Origin: Eledone cirrhosa
Lineage: Eukaryota
Assembly (NCBI GenBank): GCA_964016885.1
Contig: OZ024743.1
Span: 216,566,001-216,630,000 of the forward strand
DNA: 64,000 bases
Reading direction: 5' to 3'
The notes under the pieces were generated by a model. That model was given only the letters and a program-made list of their open reading frames with translations, made no database searches and was not told where the DNA came from. Numbering within the stretch: the stretch's first letter is position 1; each line of letters begins with the position of its first letter. Of the stretch, positions 14,936 to 30,639 are shown piece after piece. A program made the position numbers and the translations under genes.

Positions 14936-15301
14936 CGATATTAAATAAATGGAAACTATATTTATAAAACCATATTTATTTCTTTATATATATTTCAGGG
15001 ATATCATATTAAAAATATGGTATGCCTTCTTCAGACAAAATACAATATAAACAGTCTTATAAATAGATAGATTTGACATACCTTACGACTTCAACTTCCA
15101 TTTAAAAAGTTGATTTGGTAGTGAAAAATGTTAGGGACAGTTATAAAAGGAAAGAAAGAAAAAAAGCGAAGAAAAAGAAGAAATGCATGCAACTAAATAG
15201 AGAGAGATAGATATAGAGAGATAGATAGAGAGAAGAAATTCATGTAAAGAAACAGAGAGAGATAGATAGAGAGAGAAAAACACAGAGGGAGATAGATAGA
15301 T

Positions 15302-15335
<34 letters not shown>

Positions 15336-17749
15336 AAAAAATAGAGAGAGATAGATATAGATAGAGATAGAGAGAAAGAAAATAGGTAGTTGGGCACCAG
15401 TTGAATGACGTATCAATGATATATTTATTTATTTATTTATTTATTTAGTTCTAGTATTAAGGTAGAGAGAGATATATGTGGTTAGGAGAGAAAACAGCCG
15501 TTACATAGAGAGAAAAGAAAAATATCCAGATATAAACGAGGCAGATTTAAAACATTATGTTTCATCAATGTAAAAATATCAATTCGTATGAATTAGGTAT
15601 TATAATGTAAATATCAGTATTCATGAATGAGACACGTATCAATAATGTGTGAAAAATAATGATCATATGTCTAGTTTAAAATTCCTAGGTTTATATCAGA
15701 GTTGAGTTAAAAAATGAGATAAAAAACTGAGATAAAAAACTGAGATAAAAAACTGAGATAAAAAACTTCAAAAAAAATTGAAATACATAAGTATATATGC
15801 ACTTTCATGAAAAAGAAAAAGAAAAAGAAAAAGAAAAAGAAAATAGAAGGTTATCCCAGATTCGATACTATAGATTTCCATGTGAATTTACGTGATCAAC
15901 TCTGCAAATTCCTATTTCACATGAAAACATTCTCATTGTGCTATACAAATTCTAGTATTCATATATGTGTACATACACACAAATATATATAGAATCTACA
16001 TTAATTTTAACAATACTATACTTGTCTTTACTCTACATGATTATCGTTCAAGCATAAATAGACAACAGAAAACAATATATCAATAAAAATATCAAAAAAT
16101 TAAAAAATATTAAAAATAAAACACAGTATGCCCCGCAAATCAACCACAGAGATCAACCCTTCAAAATTAATTGACAATATATTGCCAAGTTCATTATAAG
16201 CATCAGAATCAAAAGCAAACAAAACCAAAATTATTTACCAAATCCTGTCTAGCAGAAATCATTCCAAAAGTTTAGGATACCCATTTGATCTACAGATGGT
16301 CTTATATTTATTATAGAAGTTTATCTAGTGTAAAATTTATTCGATATATTTGGAGCATCAGCTTTTAGGGTAGTTTAATTATTCATGAAGAATGTTTAAA
16401 AAAAAGAAATCGAAAGATTTATCGGCGAGATTCATAAATAATTATAAATCAAAGTAAATATACTACATTTTAAATTTATGTTTATATTTAAAAGTTGAGT
16501 TCAATCTATGTCTGCAGCAATTGAATAAATTTGTCCGTAAATTAAGGGAATTTTTAGATTTTAGTATAAAGAATATCTCCTCCGCGCAGAGGTCACATGT
16601 CTCAGAGGATGAATTAAAAGGAATCCCTCTTGAGACTATATTCCAAGCCGTCGAATATCCAACGTTATCATGCTTAAGTTGCCAGAGTAAGCCTGATAGT
16701 GATGTTGAAGATTTTTTGCTTGGATCTGTGAAAGAATTCTTGTGGTTATTATAGCGAAGTTTAAATTCTGTCGGGGTGGAACCAACATAGTTTGGTTTTG
16801 TTTGCTTTTGATTCTGATGCTTATAATGAACTTGGCAATATATTGTCAATTAATTTTGAAGGGTTGATCTCTGTGGTTGATTTGCGGGGCATACTGTGTT
16901 TTATTTTTAATATTTTTTTATTTTTTTGATATTTTTATTGATATATTGATATCTGTTGTCTATTTATGCTTGAACGATAATCATGTAGAGTAAAGACAAG
17001 TATAGTATTGTTAAAATTAATGTAGATTCTATATATATTTGTGTGTATGTACACATATATGTATACTAGAATTTTTATAGCACAATGAAATGTTTTCATG
17101 TGAAATAGGAATTTGCAGAGTTGATCACGTAAATTCACATGGAAGTCTATAGTATCGAATCTGGGATAACCTTCTATTTTCTTTTTCTTTTTCTTTTTCT
17201 TTTTCTTTTTCTTTTTCTTTTTCTTTTTCTTTTTCTTTTTCTTTTTCTTTTTCTTTTTCTTTTTCTTTTTCTTTTTCATGAAAGTGCATATATACTTATG
17301 TATTTCAATTTTTTTGAAGTTTTTTATCTCAGTTTTTTATCTCAGTTTTTTATCTCAGTTTTTTATCTCATTTTTTAACTCAACTCTGATATAAACCTAG
17401 GAATTTTAAACTAGACATATGATCATTATTTTTCACACATTATTGATACGTGTCTCATTCATGAATACTGATATTTACATTATAATACCTAATTCATACG
17501 AATTGATATGTTTACATTGATGAAACATAATGTTTTAAATCTGCCTCGTTTATATCTGGATATTTTTCTTTTCTCTCTATGTAACGGCTGTCTTCTCTCC
17601 TACCCACATATATCTCTCTCTACCTTAAAAGTAGAACTAAATAAATAAATAAATAAATAAATATATCATTGATACGTCATTCAACTGGTGCCCAACTACC
17701 TATTTTCTTTCTCTCTATCTCTATCTATATCTATCTCTCTTTATTTTTT

Positions 17750-17808
<59 letters not shown>

Positions 17809-18250
17809 GCTGTGTTTTTTCTCTCTTTATCTATCTCTCTCTGTTTCTTTACATGAATTTCTTCTCTCTATCTATCTCTCTATATCTATCTCTCTCTATT
17901 TAGTTGCATGCATTTCTTCTTTTTCTTCGCTTTTTTTCTTTCTTTCCTTTTATAACTGTCCCTAACATTTTTCACTACCAAATCAACTTTTTAAATGGAA
18001 GTTGAAGTCGTAAGGTATGTCAAATCTATCTATTTATAAGACTGTTTATATTGTATTTTGTCTGAAGAAGGCATACCATATTTTTAATATGATATCCCTG
18101 AAATTTATATAATGAAATAAATATGGTTTTATAAATATAGTTTCCATTTATTTAATATCGTAAATATACTCCAAATACTTGTTGAGTGCTTTTATATCAG
18201 TTATAAATATTTACTCGTTGTAACCCAACAATTTAAATAAAACTTTGCAT
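14936..18250 (-). mobile_element. Naiad-like PLE 3' fragment with about 1.3-kb inverted arms (14936-16232 and 16790-18160); HHR at 18056-18117(+) and its mirror near 14980-15040
   Basis: Long inverted repeat around a GIY-YIG fragment; arms contain (AAAAAG)n, (GA)n and 13-bp AAAAAACTGAGAT repeats. Confidence 0.85.
16463..16790 (-). pseudogene. Naiad-type GIY-YIG endonuclease, C-terminal fragment
   Basis: YVGSTPTEFKLRYNNHKNSF..TSLSGLLWQLK..CDLCAEE..LNLRTNLFNCCRH. Confidence 0.85.
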
Positions 18251-18868
18251 ATATATATATATATATATATTTATGTATATATGTATATGTGTGTGTATAT
18301 ATGTATATGTGTGTGTATGTATTTGTGTATGCGTATGTATGTGTTTATGTATTTGTATATGTATATATATGTGTGAGAGTGTGTGTATGTATTTATTGTT
18401 ACGTATGTATGAGTACGTGCATTTGTATCTATTGCTTACCACGTGTGTTTGTTCATTTATTTCTTGCCTGTATCGCTGTCAACTTTATAATAGTCTTTAT
18501 TTTCTTTTTTATGTCTTTTATTATTATATATATTTTTCCTTATATTTATTTGCTTGTGTGAGTATGTTGAAGTGTACGTATATTTTTCTGTTTGTGCATG
18601 CATATGTATGCTTGTATATATGTGTCTATGTATGTGTATGTACGTACGTGTGTATATACGTATGATTGTGCGTATGTATGTATGTATGTATGTATGTGTG
18701 TATGGCTGTGTATCTGTATGTTTATGCATATATATATATTTCTAGTTCTATTTCTATATATATATGTATATATATGTGTGTGGTTGTATATATGTATGTG
18801 TATATGTATGTGTATGTATATATATACACATATATATGTGCGTGTGTGTGTGTATATATGTGTGTATG

Positions 18869-18949
<81 letters not shown>

Positions 18950-19103
18950 GTGTGTGTGTGTATGTATCTAATCGTGTGTGTGAGTGTCTTTGCATGTGTG
19001 TTTTTATTTTATTTTTCCTTTCCTTCTTTCTTCTCCAACCTCACTTTCATATAGATTGCCTTTTTGTTTTCAGAATCCAATTTCAATAAATACACCAGGA
19101 TTT

Positions 19104-19163
19104 TTTCATTCTGATGAATGAAAGCAATTTTTTTTGCTTTTAAGAAACCACTGGTAAATGGAA
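19104..19163 (+). ncRNA. Type I HHR (family C)
   Basis: ttcatt CTGATGA atgaaagc..gcttttaa GAAA ccactgg TA aatgga. Confidence 0.82.
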
Positions 19164-19188
19164 TAATTGCCTTATGTTGTTTATTACA

Positions 19189-20065
<877 letters not shown>

Positions 20066-20066
<1 letters not shown>

Positions 20067-21604
20067 ATTGTTATACTTTGGGAGGGTCATGTTGCCAATA
20101 AGAAACACACGCACCAGTTGCTTTCACTTCAATTTAATTTATTAAATATTTATATATTTACAAATTTATAAATTTCTGGTTGGTTGGTTGATTCCACAAC
20201 CAGATAGTTGTTTATATATATATAGTCATAGTTCTTTCGTCACACACTCTGTGACCTCTTCAGTGACTGGGGATTTCTTTCTTCGTTTCTGTGCCTTTCC
20301 TTTCTTCTATCCTACGCCATTTTGTTTGTGTGTGGGTTTCGTGCTCAGTTTGCGCATGCGCCACATCCGGGTGTCTGTGTGTGTTTGTGTTCATTTTTCT
20401 ATTTTTCTATTTATATTTTTCTATTTGTTTGTTTATTTATTTATTTATTGTTGGTTGGTTGTTTGTTCTATGTGTGTGTGTGTTTTCATTTTGTCTTGTG
20501 TGTGTTTTCATTTTGTGTGTGTTTTCAATTGTAAGTTGTTTGTTCTATGTGTGTGTGTGTTTTCATTTTGTCCTTAATTGTAAGTTGTGATGTTGCTGTT
20601 CCACTCATATTTTCTATTTAATTTTGGTTTTAATTCTTTTATGCTTACTGCCTCTGTAATTTGCCTAAACATTGCGTCTTTCTTGTATGTGGATTCTATT
20701 TTTATTTCTATGCTCTCTAATTTACCCCTGTGTTCTATCTTAGCATGTTGGTAGAGCACAGATGATTGTTTACTATCTTGGAGGTCTCGCCAGTGTTCAT
20801 TTATTCGTTCCCCTATACTACGAGCTGTCTCACCTATGTACACTATATTTTTGTTTCTACATTGTCCTTCAGTACATTTTATGCTATATACTACATTTCT
20901 AGTTTTACAGTTAATATGGGGGCTTATTTTACAGGTTATACATTTCTTATCTATACATGAGGGTCTTTGGAACGGGTATGTCTTGCTAATAAGTGTTTTT
21001 ACGGAGGTACCAGGTCTTTCTACTATCTTAATATTGAGATTATGTTTCTTTAGGGCCCTTCTAAATTTGTAGGCTAGTTCGCCTCTAGGGGTTGTATTGA
21101 TGAACATTACACTCTGGTATTTATTGCTATCATACCATGAGTTTATTCTATTGGCCTTGTTCTTAGTTCTTTCTATTCTATTCCAAAATTTGCTCCTATA
21201 CAAGGGGCAGGTCCCATTTATGTCATTATTTACCATTTTTTCCCATTTGGTTCTGGCTCCTTTATACACTCTGATTCTATCTCTCAAACAAAATGGCGTA
21301 GGATAGAAGAAAGGAAAGGCACAGAAACGAAGAAAGAAATCCCCAGTCACTGAAGAGGTCACAGAGTGTGTGACGAAAGAACTATGACTATATATATATA
21401 AACTATTATCTGGTTGTGGAACCAACCAACCAACCAGAAATTTATAAATTTGTAAATTTATAAATATTTAATAAATTAAATTGAAGTGAAAGCAACTGGT
21501 GCGTGTGTTTCTTATTGGCAACATGACCCTCCCAAAGTATAACAATATCGGTTTCAACACACGATTTCAGATAAATAATCTTGCTAAACAAATTCAGAAA
21601 CGAA

Positions 21605-21606
<2 letters not shown>
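20066..21606 (-). mobile_element. PLE (tentatively Nematis-like) 3' fragment with inverted pLTR; HHRs at 20224-20268(-) and 21345-21389(+)
   Basis: GIY-YIG ORF CIDKKCITC..CKTRNVVYSIKC..YIGETARSIGERINEH..RQITEAVSI..LNRKYEW; HHR agtca CTGAAGA ggtcaca..tgtgac GAAA gaac TA tgact. Confidence 0.88.
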
Positions 21607-21635
<29 letters not shown>

Positions 21636-21694
21636 ATATATAAATATATATTGTATAAATTGTATATATATATATATTGTATATATACATATAT

Positions 21695-21733
<39 letters not shown>

Positions 21734-21831
21734 TTTATATATACATATATATTGTATATATATATATATATATACATATATATTGTATATATATATATAT
21801 ATATATATTGTATATATATATATATATATAT

Positions 21832-21876
<45 letters not shown>

Positions 21877-21883
21877 CATATAT

Positions 21884-21921
<38 letters not shown>

Positions 21922-21937
21922 ATATATATATATATAT

Positions 21938-21973
<36 letters not shown>

Positions 21974-21999
21974 ATATATATATATATATATATATATTG

Positions 22000-22048
<49 letters not shown>

Positions 22049-22081
22049 ATATATACATATATATTGTATATATACATATAT

Positions 22082-22131
<50 letters not shown>

Positions 22132-22145
22132 ATATATATATATAT

Positions 22146-22229
<84 letters not shown>
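21607..22229. repeat. (TA)n with TTG interruptions
   Basis: Read directly. Confidence 0.95.
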
Positions 22230-22232
<3 letters not shown>

Positions 22233-22436
22233 TAGCGAGGTTTTTTATATGAAATCGTGTGTCGAAACAGATATTGTTATATTTGGGGAGGGTCATATTT
22301 GCGTAATATTGACAGAATTAATAACAGAACACACTCACTGTTTGGTTGGTTTTCGCAACTCGCTGTCTTTTATATCTGCGATCTAACTTACTCGGTCCTC
22401 AATGTTGCCATTGACTGACCGGCGGTCAAAAATAAT

Positions 22437-22615
22437 TGTTTCTACTTTTTGGCACAAGGCCAGCAATTATTCCAGTACATTACTGGTGCTTTATTTTATC
22501 GACCCCGTAAGGATGAAAGGCAAAGTTAACCTCGGCGGGAATTGAACTCAGATCGTAAAGGGACGTAACTATGCTGGAAAGCATAATCCAACCCTCTACC
22601 GATACTGCCAATTCA
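22437..22615 (-). mobile_element. tRNA-derived SINE with 17-bp target site duplication
   Basis: Minus strand: TGGCAGTATCGGT..GAGTTCAATTCC..GCCTTTCATCCTTACGGGGTCGATAAA; CGGCGGTCAAAAATAAT occurs at 22420-22436 and 22616-22632. Confidence 0.8.
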
Positions 22616-22639
22616 CGGCGGTCAAAAATAATACAGATA

Positions 22640-23204
22640 CAATATAGACACAAACACATATATATAGTTTACATAATTTACATAAATCTTTCGTTGCACA
22701 TCTGCAACATCGTCAGTGGTGTTATATTCCTTGTTCCTCCTGTTGTGTTGTATGTCTACGCCATTTTTTATTTAGTCTGTCTATATATTTATTTATTTAT
22801 TTGCTTGTTTGTTTATCTTATTCTATTTTGTCTTCTTTGCGCATGCGTTTGCGTGTGTGTATAGTGTTATGTGTGATGTGTGACTAGTGTGTATAGTGTT
22901 GTGTCTGCTGGGTGACTAGTGTGTGTTTATGTGCTTGTTGTTATTGTGCTTGTGTATGTATTTATTTATCTTATTTTATTTTATTTTATTTACTTATTTA
23001 TACTTCTCTTAGGTCAGTGTTGTTTGTTAGGGTGTTGTTGTTGTTCCACTCATTCTTTCTGTTTAGCTTTGGTCTTATAATTTCTATTTCACTGGCCTCT
23101 CTGATTTGCCTATCTGCTGGGTCATTCCTATGTTTAGATACTATTCTAATTTCTATGTTGTCTATGTTACCGTCATGTTGTTGTCTAGCATGTTCATATT
23201 CGTA
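22640..23204 (-). mobile_element. PLE 3' end (endonuclease C-terminus plus pLTR); HHR at about 22679-22720
   Basis: HARQQHDG..RQIREASEIEIIRPKLNRKNEW; ca CTGACGA tgttgca..tgcaac GAAA gatt TA tg. Confidence 0.75.
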
Positions 23205-23986
23205 CGTGCTAGACAACAACATAGACTTGGGAGTAACCGTGGACAGCAACATAAGCTGGGCCACGCATATAAGCAGCAAAGTTGACATGACCCGCAGAAT
23301 GTGTTCCTGGATCCTCAGAACCTTCCAGTCGAGAGATTCCCCACACCATTATCCTTCTCTTTTCCACTTTTGCCCGACCACACATTGAATACTGTTGTCC
23401 ACTGTGGTCTCCCCATATGAAACAAAGTATCATGAAACTTGAAACTCCCCAAAGGGCAATCAGGAAAAAGATAGATGGCATGTCAGACCTTGACTACTGG
23501 GGTCGACTAGAAAAGCTGAAACTTTACTCACTCCAACGTCGCCGTGAGCGTTATATTATCTGCATGATGTGGAAAATGTTTCATCAGCACTGCACAAACG
23601 ATGTTGGCATCACCTTCAAAATACACCCAAGGCTTGGGCCTCGTGCTATCCGTCCCAAACAAAAATCTAAATCGCAACTCATAACAAAAATACGACACAA
23701 TTATTTCACCTCAATTGGCCCTGCTCTCTTCAACATCACACCAGGACACGTCAAAACAGAAACTGACCACACAAAATTCAAGAAGTCTTTGGACAAATTC
23801 CTCCAAGTAATCCCGGACAAACAACCCACACCCGGATATGTCTCCGCAAACAGTAATTCTCTTCTCGAATGGGCCATGGTGCCTAAATCCTGAATTGAAA
23901 GACTTCGCCAGGTGGTGCTATTAAGTTAGACATGGCCTGGGCCAATACTGGCCAAAACATTTCAAAGTTATTCAAAGTTAAAGTTA
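23205..23986 (+). mobile_element. CR1-like LINE, 3' fragment of ORF2 plus short-repeat tail
   Basis: DLGVTVDSNISW..WILRTF..EYCCPLWSP..LDYWGRLEKLKLYSLQRRRERY; ends in AAAGTTA repeats. Confidence 0.85.
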
Positions 23987-25199
23987 TATATGAAAGCAGG
24001 GAGAAAGAGACGGTTATTAGGAAGAACAATATTTTTTTTTCCTTTTTTATTTATTTCTCTCTTTTTTCTGGGTTAGAAAATGATTAAAACGAAATGTTTT
24101 ACTTTGTGTGAAGTGTTAAGGTATTAGTTGATTTATTTATTAATTAACAATGGCATTTATTTAATAATTGTCTATTACCGGTTTCAGCAATTTTATGCAT
24201 TATCAAATGATAGTGATATGTATTAGTGTAGAATGGTGGTGTCGGACATGTTAAAGAAATGGTGCAGAAAAAATAATGTTATTTACAAACAAGTTTTATG
24301 AAGTGAAAAGAAAAAAGAAAAAAGGAAAAAACGGTCGTAATGTAGAGCATTAAAAGTCAATGTGAAAGGAAAAATAATGTTATTTACAGGCATAGTTCTT
24401 GAAGTTAATGTGTTAATATAGCAAGGGTGCTTAGTTGATCCATGTTTCCATGATGGAGGCAAATGATGGACTGAGGTTTGATATGATTTCCCTTTTTAGA
24501 GAGTTAAAATGTAGGGGGAGGAAATTCTTGCTGGATGATATTTAATTTATTTAAGAAAAAGTATTAGTTAGGGTGTGAGGGTGCAGTTTTAGTTTGGTCA
24601 GAAGTTTAGCGCATTAAGTAGAGGTTGGAATTTGTTAATGAAATATGTTTCCCTATTGGTACGATGGATGAAATAGCGTTGGTTAGAGGACTGTAATAAG
24701 GAAGAATTAAAATCCCTTCAACGTTGGGAAATAAACAAAACCTGGTTCTCTAACTATGAAACACTTTTCCAAAAAGAACACACATCCAAGAACCCCTTCA
24801 TTAAAACCATAATAACAAGAAAACTCAATCAACATCCAAACACCACACAACAACCTACAACAACAAAAAAACAATACCTCCCCACATACCAACAAAAGAA
24901 GGCATCACCTCGCCCCTACCTCCTACATCCTCCACACAACTACCACGCGGACTCCCAAGCAACAAATATAGTAATAGAGAAACATCAGCTACAAGATAGA
25001 CACTACAGCTCCTCTCCTACCAGGACAAACCATAGAATCCTCCACACTTACAAACCCCCTAACATCCCCACACAACAAACCCACAACCACCATTACTTCC
25101 AACATAGAACCCAAAATACACAACTACCACACATGTCACACAGGGCCCCACAACCACACACCAGCTATAAGGAAACCCTAATCTACCCTCCCCCACTAA

Positions 25200-25610
25200 C
25201 CACATCCTACTACAACAACACCAGCAGGGGACAATGCAAACACACGAGACACCCTAACCACTACAACCACCATAGCTACACACCATATAACAGCAACAGT
25301 AGGACTCAATATAACCACACAAGACAACACTACTACAACTACCACCAAGTCTACACGCCGTACAACAACAGCAGTGCTCAGTAGAAACATACGATACCAC
25401 CCAACTTCAACAACGACCACAACTTCACACCCTATAACCACGTCCATCAAATCTACACACCCTACAACATCAGCACGGCTTAATACAACCACACGATACA
25501 ACCTAAACTCAACAACCACTACAGCGCTACATACCATCTAACAACAACAGCAGGGGCCAATACAACTATAAGAGACATCCAAACTTCAACAGCCATCACA
25601 ACTTCCGTAA
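25200..25610 (+). repeat. Degenerate coding tandem repeats (about 60-80 bp; YNNSSR/AQYNHTRHP-like) in PLE ORF1
   Basis: Recurring TACAACAACAGCAG..CAATACAACCACAC. Confidence 0.6.
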
Positions 25611-25613
25611 TCA

Positions 25614-27930
25614 TTTTTTAGACACAGCACACAGGCACAGGACAACAAGATAACACAAAAGACACAGGAGACACAAAATGCAATAAAAATTGTTAATTAA
25701 CCTCTAAAGAATTAACAATAGGCCAAATCAACATACTCTCCAAAGGTCTAAAATTTACACCAACTCCCCAACAACCAAACTACCCCGATATGTAGGAAGA
25801 TATTGCAGAATTCTGTAGAAAACTAAGACTCAGCGAACAACTATACGACAAATACAATGAAGATGACTCAATAGCCAGAAATATAAGCAACTACACCCCG
25901 CCAAAAGGCAAAAACAAATTCCTCGATCAATTCTGCGAACACATTACTAATTAGCCATACCTCCACCTACACAGAAATAAACAAAAACCAAACCTAAGCA
26001 AAAAAGAATGGAATAGTCTTAGTCTAAAAAACGACAAAACCCTAACAATCAAAAATGCAGATAAAGGGAGTGCAGTAGTCCTTATGGAGACAGATTATTA
26101 CACGACTCTAGTACTCTCAACTCTAGAAAACCAAACATATTATGAATAGGCCTAACACTACACACAACAGAAAATAATGAGAAACCTAAAATCTCTAACA
26201 ACCCTTTACAAAGAAGGTCTTACAGACAAGGAATACAACTACATCACCTATTTCAAAAGCAGAACCAGCCTCTACTACGGTATCCCAAAGACACACAAAA
26301 GTGAAGTAATAGGTAGGGCCTGCAAGAAAGCCACAGACGTTTACATCAATATAGCCCCTCCTGATGACCTTAAATTAAGACCCATAATAGCAGGCACCAC
26401 ATGTGAAACCCACCGCCTAAGCAACTTCTTAGATATTCTGCTTAAACCTTTCCTAAAACACATAAAAGGCTTCATAAGAGACGACCTTGACATGCTCAAC
26501 CACTTCCCAACAACACTCAATAATGAACATACCCTACTAGTCACCTTTGATGTCATCAATTCATATTCCAATATCCCACACAACCTAGGTATAGAGGCAA
26601 TACATTTCTGACTTGAAAATTTCCCCAGTGAACTCCGACAGCGCATCCCTAAAGAATTTGTGTTGGAGGGGCAAAAATTCATCTTGGAAAACAATTTCTT
26701 CGAATTCAATGCCAAATACTACAGACAGAAATCTGGGACTGCCATGGGCACGAAAGTGGCCCCTCATACGCCGACCTTGTCATGGGATATTTGGAAACCA
26801 TTCTCTACCGTAAAGTTCTAGACAATTACGCCAACCACTTCTACCAACACATAGAAAAGAGCTGGAAGAGATATATGGACGACTGTTTCATCCTCTGGCA
26901 TGAAAGTATCGATAGACTGTTTGAGTTCAAAACCCTTCTAAATGGACTCAACACTAACTTACAATTCACAATGGATTACAGCCATGAACAACTCCCTTCA
27001 AGAAAACAAGCAACAAAATAGAAACAGACATATACTACAAACCCACAGACTCCAAACAATACGTTCCATTCAACTCGTGCCACCCTAGAGACACCAAAAT
27101 GGCAATTCCTTATAACCTAACCAGAAGGACCTGCACAATAGTTTCAAATAAATACACATGCTACACACGACGAGAAGAATTAAAAAACACACTTATCAGC
27201 AGAAACTACCCACCATCCCTAATCAACAATGGATTCCAACGTGCCCTAAAACTCGACATCCAGGAACTCAGACACCCCAAACCCAGGAATGAACCGCAAC
27301 AAAAAGCTCTACCATACATCTCCACACACAACCCCTCAACAATGAGGCATTCGACACCATCCTCCAGAACATTACTTTACTAAAAAGAGACCCAAGAATG
27401 AACAAAATCCTCTAAAACACAACATAATGAAGAGGAAAAGACAACCTAAATCCATAAAAAACATCCTCACACAATCCAAAATCCAACAAACCCTCACAAT
27501 GAACCCTACAGTAACAAAATGCGGAAGACCCAACTGTGGCATATTCATAAATCTAATAGAAGGTTCAACATACCATTTTAAACAAGGACAACATTTCACA
27601 GTTAAACACAACTTTACATGTGCATCTGAAAACATAATCTATGTTTTGACCTGCTCAGGTTGTCAAGAGCACTACGTAGGACAGACAAAAAACAGCCTCC
27701 GTCAACGTATGACTGGCCATAAACCACAAATTAAAATACAGGAATACAGAAAGATTTCATTTAGTGAACATATCGCTAAATGTGCACACATCCAACATCC
27801 AAACTTTTAAATGTTCCCCATTTAAAAATTCACAGACAACGCTACTTTCATCAATCGTACCAATAAGGAAACATATTTCATTAACAAATTCCAACCTCTA
27901 CTTAATGCACTAAACTTCGGACCAAACTAA
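25614..27930 (+). pseudogene. PLE RT / GIY-YIG, multiply disrupted
   Basis: ORF pieces at 26177, 26782, 27099 and 27427 carry the consecutive RT and EN motifs. Confidence 0.88.
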
Positions 27931-28553
27931 AACTGCAACAAACAATCAAACATTTACAAGAGTTACCTCCGTCACACCCTACCTAATCCCTAATCCTTTT
28001 CTTAAATAAATTAAATATCATCCAGCATGAATTTCCTCCCCTTGCATATTAACTCTCTAAAAAAAGGAAATCATATTAAAACTCAGTCCATCATTTGACT
28101 CCATCATGGAATCATCGATCAACTAAGCACCCTTGCTATATTAACACATTTTGATCTGCTTAACGGCAAGAACTATGCCTGTAAATAACATTATTTTTCC
28201 TTTCACATTGACTTATTATGCTCCACATTACGACCGTTTTTTTCCTTTTTCTTTTTTCTTTTCACTTCATAAACCTTGTTTGTAAATAACATTATTCTTT
28301 CTGCACCATTTCTTTAACATATGCGACACCACCATTCTACACTAATACATATCACTATCATTTGATAATGCATAAAAATGTTGAAACCGGTAATAGACAA
28401 TTATTAAATATATAAATAGATAAATAAATGCCATTGTTAATTAATAAATAAATCAACTAATAACCGTCTTTTTCTCCCTGTTTTCATAAATATATATCCT
28501 AACTCGTATGCTTACTCTCCACATTTTATTATTATATATATATATATATATTG

Positions 28554-28640
<87 letters not shown>

Positions 28641-29689
28641 ATATATATATATATATATATATATAGTATATATATATATATATATATACTATACACACAT
28701 ACGTAAATATGCATGCAAGCATAGTCATATAGACACACACACACTCTTACAGAATGAAGTGATAATAAGAATTGCAGCTTTTTGAAAATAATGGTGTGAT
28801 CATGTGATCGGATCTCGGCTCTTATTCGACACATCTTCAGATATGAGACTTTACATGGGTGGTCCCATCCAAACTTACACGTAAAAGACGGAGAACATTA
28901 GACAATATCAACGGACCCTGACATATCGAAAGAAAACATACAAAGATTCCACTCAAAAGCTGACCGCTGTGTGTGAACACAAATTTTCAACGTATAGTGA
29001 CATAATTCCTTGTTTGTGTGCACTAATAGCTATTAGAAATTGATACATAACGTTTGAAGTGACATGTCAATCGTAACAAAATTATCACATACAAACAAAA
29101 AGATCTTTTGGAGACAAAATCCAGTAAAAACGGGATCAGTGAATTTGATGCAACAAACGCTACGCTCCAGACAAATAAAGAAAAAAGAAATTCATATGAT
29201 CTATCATCCTTGAAGTGAAATAAATAATGATAGAAAAGTATGCCGTGAAACAAAGTCGTTAGCCAGATCAACTAGAATAATCATTGGAAAGAGAAGGCCG
29301 TGGGAGAGAAAGCATTTTGTGAAGGAAGAGCATGGTGTAGAGAATGAGGTATCTATGATGGAGAATGATAGAATGAAAATTGAAACAGGATAGATGTGAA
29401 TAGAATGTACAATAAGAGGTATACTTTCTCTAATACGATTCATTATACTGCAGCCATCCCAGGACCATATATTAAATAGATGTACTCGGATTTATCGATT
29501 CCAGTAACTATCTATTTGAATGTGTGGCACTTATTTTATTCATCTCTGATTCTCAGACCGGACCATTAATTTACCGGAGAAATAGATAAATCTAAACGCA
29601 AACACGGATAAACAAACACACACACATGCAAACATACGCACATTACACACACACACACAAACGCGCGCGCACGCATATATATCTATATA

Positions 29690-30460
29690 TATATATATAA
29701 ATATGTACACGTACATACATATATGTATACAGACGCACAGTAGTATGTATATATATATACATACATGCACACATATATACATGTACGTATGGATTCACCG
29801 AACATTTATTATAATGCTCGGTGTGTTTGGAAACAAACATCCCGTATTAAGCCGTAGTGTCCAGCAACCATCGTTGCTCGTTTGTTCAACACTGACAAAG
29901 GAACGCTGTACTAGTTTCAAGCTTATTAGCTATCGTCAGCAACGTATACCTTCCTGCCAGATTGTTGAACGTATATACTCACCTTATGCATATTAACGGC
30001 TGAGTAGCCCAATTTGCATATCGAGTGGGTTACTCGGCCGTTGCACCGAAAACGTTACACGGAAAAAATGAAACGAAATTTCATTTCCCACTCTTAGTAT
30101 GACTGTTACATAAATATAAGTATGTACACGTACATACATATATGTATACAGACGCGCAGTAGTATGTATATATATATACACATACATGCACACATATATA
30201 TACGTACGTATGGATTCACCGAACATTTATTATAATGCTCTGTGTGTTTGTAAACAAACATCCCGTATTAAGCCGTAGTGTCCAGCAACCATCGTTGCTC
30301 GTTTGTTCAACACTGACAAAGGAACGCTGTACTAGTTTCAAGCTTATTAGCTATCGTCAGCAACGTATACCTTCCTGCCAGATTGTTGAACGTATATACT
30401 TACCTTATGCATATTAACGGCTGATAGCCCAATTTACATATCGAGTGGGTTACTCGGCCG
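29690..30460 (-). mobile_element. Family F HHR repeat, about 1.8 tandem units of about 421 bp; HHRs at 29904-29944 and 30325-30365
   Basis: Minus strand: cgttg CTGACGA tagctaataagctt GAAA ctag TA cagcg. Confidence 0.88.
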
Positions 30461-30639
30461 GTTTGAGTCTGTAGGATGCACTTGCGCAAGGACTCGCTCT
30501 AAGTTACTGGTCCCAAAATAAAATCGTTGTGACGCAAATCTCCTAATCACGTAGCTGACACATCCATACATATCTATTATATATATATATAGGAAAATGT
30601 TTAACCCTGACATGCGATAGTTCGTTTTTGATTGCATTC

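Larger units (their letters stand above)
23987..28532 (+). mobile_element. Neptune-like PLE, decayed, with inverted 5' arm (about 23990-24681 vs 27838-28490); U3-A8 HHRs at 24172-24213(-) and 28355-28396(+)
   Basis: RT motifs LSKGLKFTPTP, ADKGSAVV, FDVINSYSNIPH, GTAMG, WKRYMDD; CGRPNCG linker; IIYVLTCSGCQEHYVGQT; HHR TTGATAA tgca.. GAAA ccgg TA atag. Confidence 0.9.
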
